DNA of 64,000 nt from assembly GCA_037447605.1 (NCBI GenBank), contig CM074822.1:1077492-1141491 (forward strand), written 5' to 3'. This document shows, one piece after another, positions 48,610-64,000 of this stretch. Position numbers and translations under genes: made by a program. The DNA comes from Zygnema circumcarinatum SAG 698-1b. Taxonomy: Eukaryota; Plantae; Zygnematophyceae. How positions within the stretch are numbered: position 1 is the stretch's first letter; each line of letters opens with the position of its first letter. Under the pieces are notes generated by a model, which was not told the DNA's origin, did not search any database, and was given only the letters and a program-made list of their open reading frames with translations.

Positions 48610-49279
48610 AACATTTGGAGCATTATTGACATGCTATAAATAGTAATTAATAGCAAAAAAATGTAGCCTTCCATTCGAGAGTTTTTTTATATAATCGCAA
48701 GAATGGGAAGTACCGGAATTAAAGCTAGATAGAGGGAAGTCGAAAAAGTAAGTATAAAGCATAAAACTGGATCTGTATTCCAGAAGAGCGGAGCAGCTCG
48801 CCTTGATTTATGCTGATTCTGTAGAATTCTTCGACGAAGTGCGCCAGAAATCGCTTACTGGCTCCTCCTCCTCCTCCTCTCTCCCTTCTCTCTCTCCCTC
48901 TCCCTCGTCCTCTCTCCCTTCCTCTCTCTTCCTCTCCCTCTCCCTCTCCCTCTCCCTCTCCCTCTTTTGATCACTCCTCTCCCTTCAAGACTGCACAATT
49001 CAGTTCGGCCAACAATAAGATTAGCAGCCAGCCAGCTGTCGTCTCGCCTTTTTACAACCAGACTATTTCCCAATGTCCTCCTCCTCCTACTCCTCCTCCT
49101 CCTCCCCCTATATATATTGTATCTCTGCTCATATACATACAAATATATGTATATATCTGCCGCCACCAAGCTCCATAAGGCGCAGCTTTGCAGCCCTGCA
49201 GTTCAGGTCCTCCCCTGCAACTCAAAATTGGAAATTGCAAATTCCTCGACTCCGGGTTCCAAGAAGGCAGCTCGAGGGT

Positions 49280-50600
49280 CGTTGGGAGTCCGTACGACCG
49301 TACAACCGTATGACCGTACATTGAAATGTTGCCCCTCGCACTCCACATAAGTGGCAAGTATTAAAGCAAGAGTCAATCAGAGCCTGCCACGTTAGATACA
49401 GTTGACACGTGTCGTTTTATTATTAGTCAACGATGGATACGTCTACAATGGATACCCACCTTTGAGGGTACAGTGCCAGTTATCCAAGATCAGGGATCCC
49501 AAATGTACGGGCGTAAGAAAGTACCGTTGTAAAGTGGGGTATTTATTCTAGTCTAGAAATTCAGGAAACCAATGAGAGACGTCCACGTGTGCAAGACTTT
49601 CGACGTGGCGATATCTGATTGCGTTTTTAGTTTAACGTACAGGACAAATCGTTTGGATGTCCACCCCCGCTATCCGCTCTCCTAATCCCACGTGACCACC
49701 TCTGATCGGTCTTGCATTTTTTTCAACGTAAAAGACAATTGTTTTGAAAGGATGCCCAGTCCTGGACGTCGTTAGACTCGTTACAGCGGTCATGACCGGT
49801 ACAAAATAGTCAACAACGGTGACCGTTTCAGTTGAGCGTACAACGGTTCGTACGAAGGGCGGTGGGTCTGTCGGTCTGTCACACGGCTCCGCCAATCGGA
49901 GAGGCAAACGTGGCATCAGGACCGTACGTGTGTCGGTTTAGCCAATCAGGTGACGCTAAGTATAAACGTCAAGTCAAAATTTGTCGTTTTGTGACGATTC
50001 TGGTTCGAACTGTTTGTCGTTTTGTGCAGATTTTGGTTCGAATTGGGTCTCCTTCAAGCAAGGTCTCGCGATTTGTTTTTTTGGGATGGGTCTGTGAACG
50101 GCAGCCAGTCACAGCCTGTCACGTGGATTATGGGACACGTGTCGTCACAAAATGTAGCCACCTCATTCTTTAGTCAATGGACAAGGGTAAAGGAGCAAAA
50201 TCGTACGGTGCAAATCAATTTGCGGCTGCCTGTACAACATATGATGACGTAATTCCAACGTCATCATATTGCCATGCAAAGCCCAAAAAATTCGTGGGAG
50301 GAAATCCAACGGTCAAAGAATGACCACGTGGCACAACAGTCCGCATAAAAGCCACGTGGACAAGGCCTTTTGACCATATTGTGTCGTTTTGTTCCGACTG
50401 TTGAAAGCTTGGCTCCCGCCGACAAGGCCGACCAAATATTTCGGCTCCAAAACACTGAAAACGACAAACGTACCGCAAGTCACGACAAGAAGCCCAGGCG
50501 TACAGATCGACCGATAACGGATACCGTATCGATACATATTGATAATATCGACAATATTTATAATACTGGTTATATCGATATTGTCCTGTCGCTTGATACG
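49280..50600. repeat. Non-coding ACGT/CCAATCAG-rich repeat remnant between the divergent RLK and RFC3 genes
   Basis: CGTAC(A/G)ACCGTA repeats (49290-49320), CCACGT motifs (49386, 49583, 50325, 50354), CGATA block (50510-50580). Same motif vocabulary as 1-7300 and 13250-13330. Confidence 0.45.
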
Positions 50601-50756
50601 GGACCTCCAAAACCCTTAACTACAAATTCCGAGACCCTAAATAAAATCTTAACCCCTGAACCCTAGACGCGACTACCCCTACCCCTACGCCTACCCCTAC
50701 GACCATAGGCCCTGAATCCTGTCCCCTGCCCCCCTGCCCCTTAACCTCAAATTCGG

Positions 50757-50775
50757 AACCCTAAATTTTTGGGCT
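50757..50775 (+). promoter_or_regulatory. Telo-box-like AACCCTAAA next to a site II motif TGGGCT
   Basis: AACCCTAAA 50757-50765 and TGGGCT 50770-50775, with further degenerate ACCCTA copies at 50610-50700; upstream of a ribosome-related gene. Confidence 0.4.
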
Positions 50776-50798
50776 CAAGAAGGCGCCCAGAACTGACC

Positions 50799-51002
50799 AT
50801 GGCTGCTGCCGCCGCGAGGTCCGTGGGAGCGCCGCCATGGCGCCACGTGGCGGCGCAGGACGCGGATTCTTCACATGGAGGAGGAGGGCGGGGCCGTACA
50901 GGTTGCTCGCACGTGCGGTGTGTCCGGGGAGGAGGCGGTGGGGGGATTGGCGGCCATGGCGTGAGGGGAAGCTCGGGCTGCAGTCGGCAGAGTGTGGAGA
51001 AG
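50799..51002 (+). CDS. Candidate first exon of RFC3 (GC-rich, MAAAAARSV...) ending at AG|GTGAGG; phase does not match the next exon
   Basis: ATG 50799, donor 51003. A 10-N gap at 51092-51101 may hide another exon. Confidence 0.3.
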
Positions 51003-51824
51003 GTGAGGGAGAGGGAGGGAGGGGAAGAGAGAGAGGGAGGAGGGGGAGAGGGAGAGGGAGGGGGAGGAGGAGAGGGAGGGAGGGGGAGAGGNNNNNNNNN
51101 NGGGAGAGGGATAGGGAGAGGGGGGAGAGGGAGAGGGAGGAGGGGGAGAGGGAGGGAAGGGGAGAGGGAGAGGGAGAGGGAGGGGGAGAAGGGGGAGAGG
51201 GAGGGAGGGGGATGGATAGGGAGGGGGAGGAGAGGGAGAAGGAGAGGGAGGAGGGGGAGAGGGCGAGGGAGAGGGAGGGGGAAGTGGGGGAGAGGGGGGG
51301 AGGGGGAGAGGGAGAGGGGTTTAGAGAGAGAGAGGGAGAAGGAGAGGGAAAGGGAGAGGAAGGAAAGGCGGGGTCGAGGGAGGGAGGTTTTTCACAGGTT
51401 TTTTTGTCGTTTTTTTTTGGTTTTCTTGTAAGTAATTCGATTCTTAAGAGCAGCAGACGCAATGAAACATTTTTTCAGCCGGTTTGCACCAATTGCATCG
51501 CTTTACTTGCCTGATTTCAAGCCGAAAACTTCAATTATCTCTTTTTTCTCCCGTTTTAGCCACGCCTGCTTCGTCTCTCCCTTTTTGAACATTCTAAGAA
51601 TGCTTTTTCGCCACATCCTTTTCCATCTTTCCCTCGCCAGCCTCTCTTTTTCTCTCGCCCTCTCCCTCCCTCCCTCTCCCTCCCTCCGTCCTTCCCTTCC
51701 TCTTGTGCTCTCCTCCTCTCTCACACGCGCGAGAGTGAGGCTTTCTGAGTGCATAAATGTTTGGGATTTGTGTATTTATTTATTCATTCATCTCTTGTGT
51801 GAAATAGGGAAGACATGATTTTAG

Positions 51825-53072
51825 ATTGTTTGCTCGGAAAGGTGGAGACCAAGAGTCGTACCCTGCAATGAAGAAGAAACGTGAGGCTGAACCGGAGGTT
51901 GATCTCGATGTGGACTTTGACGATATCAGTGATGGTGAGTTGAAGGGAGTTTCGTAAGTGATAAAACACGAGAGAGAGGAAGGGAGAGGGGGAGGGAGGG
52001 AGGGAGTTCGTCTTCATATTTGGGAAAGGACTTGAGCGTCAGTGGAGAACACGGCAATTCATTGAATTTGCTTCTCAAGAATGTGATTCGCTTCATGGAG
52101 GCTGTGCATTTGATGAAGGAGATGGTGTTTGGAATGTTCACAACCGAAAGAGTTTTAACTGATGGTGAGAGGATGGTGTTGGCTGCATGCAGAGGAACTA
52201 CTATCAATGTTCGATTTACCATTTCAGTCTGATCTCGCAGTTCAGCGTAAGTCCCTTTTACTCTCCTTTAATAACCCTCCCTCTCCCGCCCTCTCTCTTC
52301 CTCTCTCTTTCCCTCTTCTTTCACTCTCTCTCCCTTCGCTCCCGTCTATCTCTCCCTCTTATTCACCCTTTCTCCATCTCTTCCTCCCTCCCCAACCTCT
52401 CTCCCTCCTCCTTACTCCATTCGGCTAACAAAAAAGGCTGACGGAACAAAGTGAGCATTTGTTGATGGCTTTCGTGGGGGGGGCAGCGCGGCATTACGAG
52501 TGCGTATTTTTAATTCACGAAGACTACTTTGAACAAGTTCCTGAGATAATTCAGAAAGTCAAAGGTAAGAAGTCGAAACCCTCTCTTTTCTCCCCTCTTC
52601 TTCCATGGTTGTGTAAGATATGTCTATATCCTGTTTTGTTGTCATGTCGGGCATCTAAAATTGCCGTTCTGTGTTATCTTGGGCAGCTAAAATTACGGAG
52701 TTTAAGGGAACTGTATGGCGTCTCAATGACTGGGGTCTGCGGAAAATGGCGTACAAGATTAAGAAGGCGAGCAAAGCAAACTACATTCTATTGAATGTGG
52801 AGGTGATGCCGCCACAAATCAACGAGTTTGAAAAAATGCTTCTGGATGATGAGAGGATCATACGCCACTTGATATTCAAAAAGAAGGGCCCCGAGACAGA
52901 GGACTACCCTCCTCCTCCAACATGGGAGCAGATGACAAGGAGCGAAAGCATGGTGGACGATGATGAGGAGGAAAACGAAGACGAGGAAGAAGAGGAGGAA
53001 GAGGAGCTTGTTGGTAATGGAAAAGGTGGTCCCAATAGCAAAACAATGGGCACTATAGAAAGGAGACAATGA
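51825..53072 (+). CDS. RFC3: Plastid ribosomal protein S6-like protein RFC3, 5' end unresolved
   Basis: Exons from 51825 (LFARKGG...DFDDISD), 52193-52246 (EELLSMFDLPF), RHYECVFLIHED...KVK, and KGTVWRLNDWGLRKMAYKIKKASKANYILLN...DDERIIRHL...TEDYPPPP with an acidic tail. Matches recalled Arabidopsis RFC3. Confidence 0.85.
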
Positions 53073-53611
53073 TCACATGCCTCACCATGGGCCATACCCA
53101 TATACCCATACCATGCCCATATCGATAATGCCATACCAAGTCATACCCTAGTTTACACATGAGTTTGAGTCGCAGCTTCACGTTGAGTATCGAAGTTTTG
53201 GTGCTTTCTCAGTTTGTGTGGCTATGACATGAAGGGAAGGATGCATGTGAGAGTTCAAAAAGAAGGGCACAACGTGTGTGAGAGGGAGAGGGAAGAGGGG
53301 AAATGGGAAGGTGGGACGGGAGGCGGAGGCGAAGGGGGAAAGGGAGAGAGAGAAAGAGAAGCTGACTAAGACATGCTCTGATGAGCATGTGGCGGTAGAA
53401 GCATCCTTGCCATGACGTCATACTCGCGACTCACGAAATCGGCACAAAGTCGCAATAGTGAATGCTCTCGTTTTTGCACAAAATCCCAAATTTCTTTTTA
53501 GGACATGTACTTGCTCCACCGCCTTCCGTCTTTCAAGCTGATTCAGCTTATTCTTGTTCCTACACTACAGAAAACTGAAACAAAAAAAAAAAAAGACGAG
53601 GGTAGAAAGTG

Positions 53612-63058
<9,447 letters not shown>

Positions 63059-63162
63059 GGCTGCACAGCCTTGCTCGCGGAGTGAAGTGCGAGTCCGCCC
63101 CTTTTTGAATGGTACTATGGTAATTTTAGATTATATACTTACAAACGACCTTCAACAGCACC

Positions 63163-63266
63163 GCCGCGATGGCGCAGTCGGTAGCGCGTAGGTCTCATAG
63201 CCCGACTCCTGTTGATTAACAGGCCAAGCAATCCTAAGGTCGAGAGTTCGATCCTCTCTCGCGGCA
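63163..63266 (+). tRNA. tRNA-Met-CAT: tRNA-Met(CAT), elongator, with 31-nt intron (63200-63230)
   Basis: Acceptor GCCGCGA/TCGCGGC+A; A box TGGCGCAGTCGG; anticodon stem TAGGT/TCCTA with the T31-T39 mismatch typical of elongator Met; B box GTTCGATCC; 73 nt mature; TTTT terminator directly after; upstream TATATA and CAA. Confidence 0.95.
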
Positions 63267-63745
63267 TTTTGCTGTCGGCCACAAACAAACGTATATGGCG
63301 CGGGTGGTCTTTTTGCTTTTTGGCTTTCTCAGAACAACTACTGTTTGCGGTCATCAACAAAATAAATTATGATGATGATCTCACGATGGCGATGATGCAA
63401 CATGGACAACATAAAGGTTTTCTATTCTGGACGTCCTTCGAATTTCATAGAAATCTTTGTTGTTCCACTTGTACTGCATGTAGTAAGTACCCCATGCAAT
63501 TTATCTACCACCACCACACATCAAATAAGAACGCCAAAGTCTAAATCCTAAAACCCCAAATAGCGGTTTTGGTATTCGCTAGCTGAAGTGCAGTGCACAA
63601 TTGCTCCACGAATTTGTTCTTCAAGTTTTTGACAACATACCGTGGTACTTGCACCCATAGCCGGAGCCAAAAAGCGTGTTGTTGGTACACCCCCAAAAGA
63701 GGCAAATTTGTGCATCATGAAAAAGCGACAATATTTTCCTTGGAG

Positions 63746-63840
63746 CGAGCACTGAGAGATTCGAACTCTCGCGGGTAGAACCCACACACTATGCTGCAGT
63801 AGGTAGCAGGCGTGCGCCTTAACCACTCGGCCAAATGCTC
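63746..63840 (-). tRNA. tRNA-Ser-GCT: tRNA-Ser(GCT) with 13-nt intron (63803-63791)
   Basis: Acceptor GAGCATT/AGTGCTC+G; D arm GCCGAGTGGTTAAGGC; anticodon stem CACGC/GTGTG; long variable arm; T arm GAGAG TTCGAAT CTCTC; 82 nt after removing CCTACTGCAGCAT after position 37; CAA at -7. Confidence 0.92.
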
Positions 63841-64000
63841 CTGGTTGATGAAATCATTCTTTTAAATTAATTATTCTTTACTTAAAAGCGCTCCACAGCC
63901 CCATGCCTTTCTCCTGCTGCAAGAAGCATGGTGATGGAGCCATGGCGACCGGCCATGGCCATGCAGCTCTCGGGCCATGGCTGCCGAGAGGGGAAGGCGG

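Noticed and set aside
51462-51818. 118-aa ORF as the RFC3 transit-peptide exon
   Set aside because: It is largely a CT microsatellite and its best donor (phase 0) does not match the phase-2 acceptor at 51825.
63930-64000. Possible start of a next gene (ATG GCT GCC GAG...)
   Set aside because: Too little sequence; CCATGG-rich motifs occur in many non-coding places in this window.

Overview
Eukaryotic nuclear DNA from a streptophyte, most likely a charophyte/zygnematophyte alga. This is inferred from plant-type proteins, TTTAGGG repeats, a 10-exon CHLP gene and introns packed with microsatellites. Recognisable genes are a GT47/exostosin glycosyltransferase (-), geranylgeranyl reductase CHLP (+), an intronless P-class PPR protein (-), a 13.8-kb LRR-VIII-1 (HPCA1/CARD1-type) receptor kinase (-), the plastid S6-like RFC3 (+), APC4 (-, middle exons apparently lost in an assembly gap), and intron-containing tRNA-Met(CAT) and tRNA-Ser(GCT). 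The most unusual structures are four. (1) A ~6.2-kb palindrome at 19.0-25.2 kb holds two head-to-head copies of a 3-exon gene that the ORF track does not show as one ORF. It encodes a ~351-aa secreted Cys-rich two-domain protein with an SPPP linker, and the arms are near-identical only across the gene body. (2) Some tandem repeats have a whole splice site as their unit: 11 x 52 bp of branch point + 3' acceptor in the RLK, and 4 x ~84 bp of 5' donor in the palindrome gene. (3) A 3.1-kb telomere-derived satellite with higher-order structure starts at nucleotide +3 of an APC4 intron. (4) A TAGGGGGAGTCAGA-terminated MITE family has one copy filled with nested palindromes, and a foldback-like element is built from a 25-bp satellite. 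Most long ORFs in the track are microsatellite artefacts. All alignments and counts were done by eye; no database search was run.
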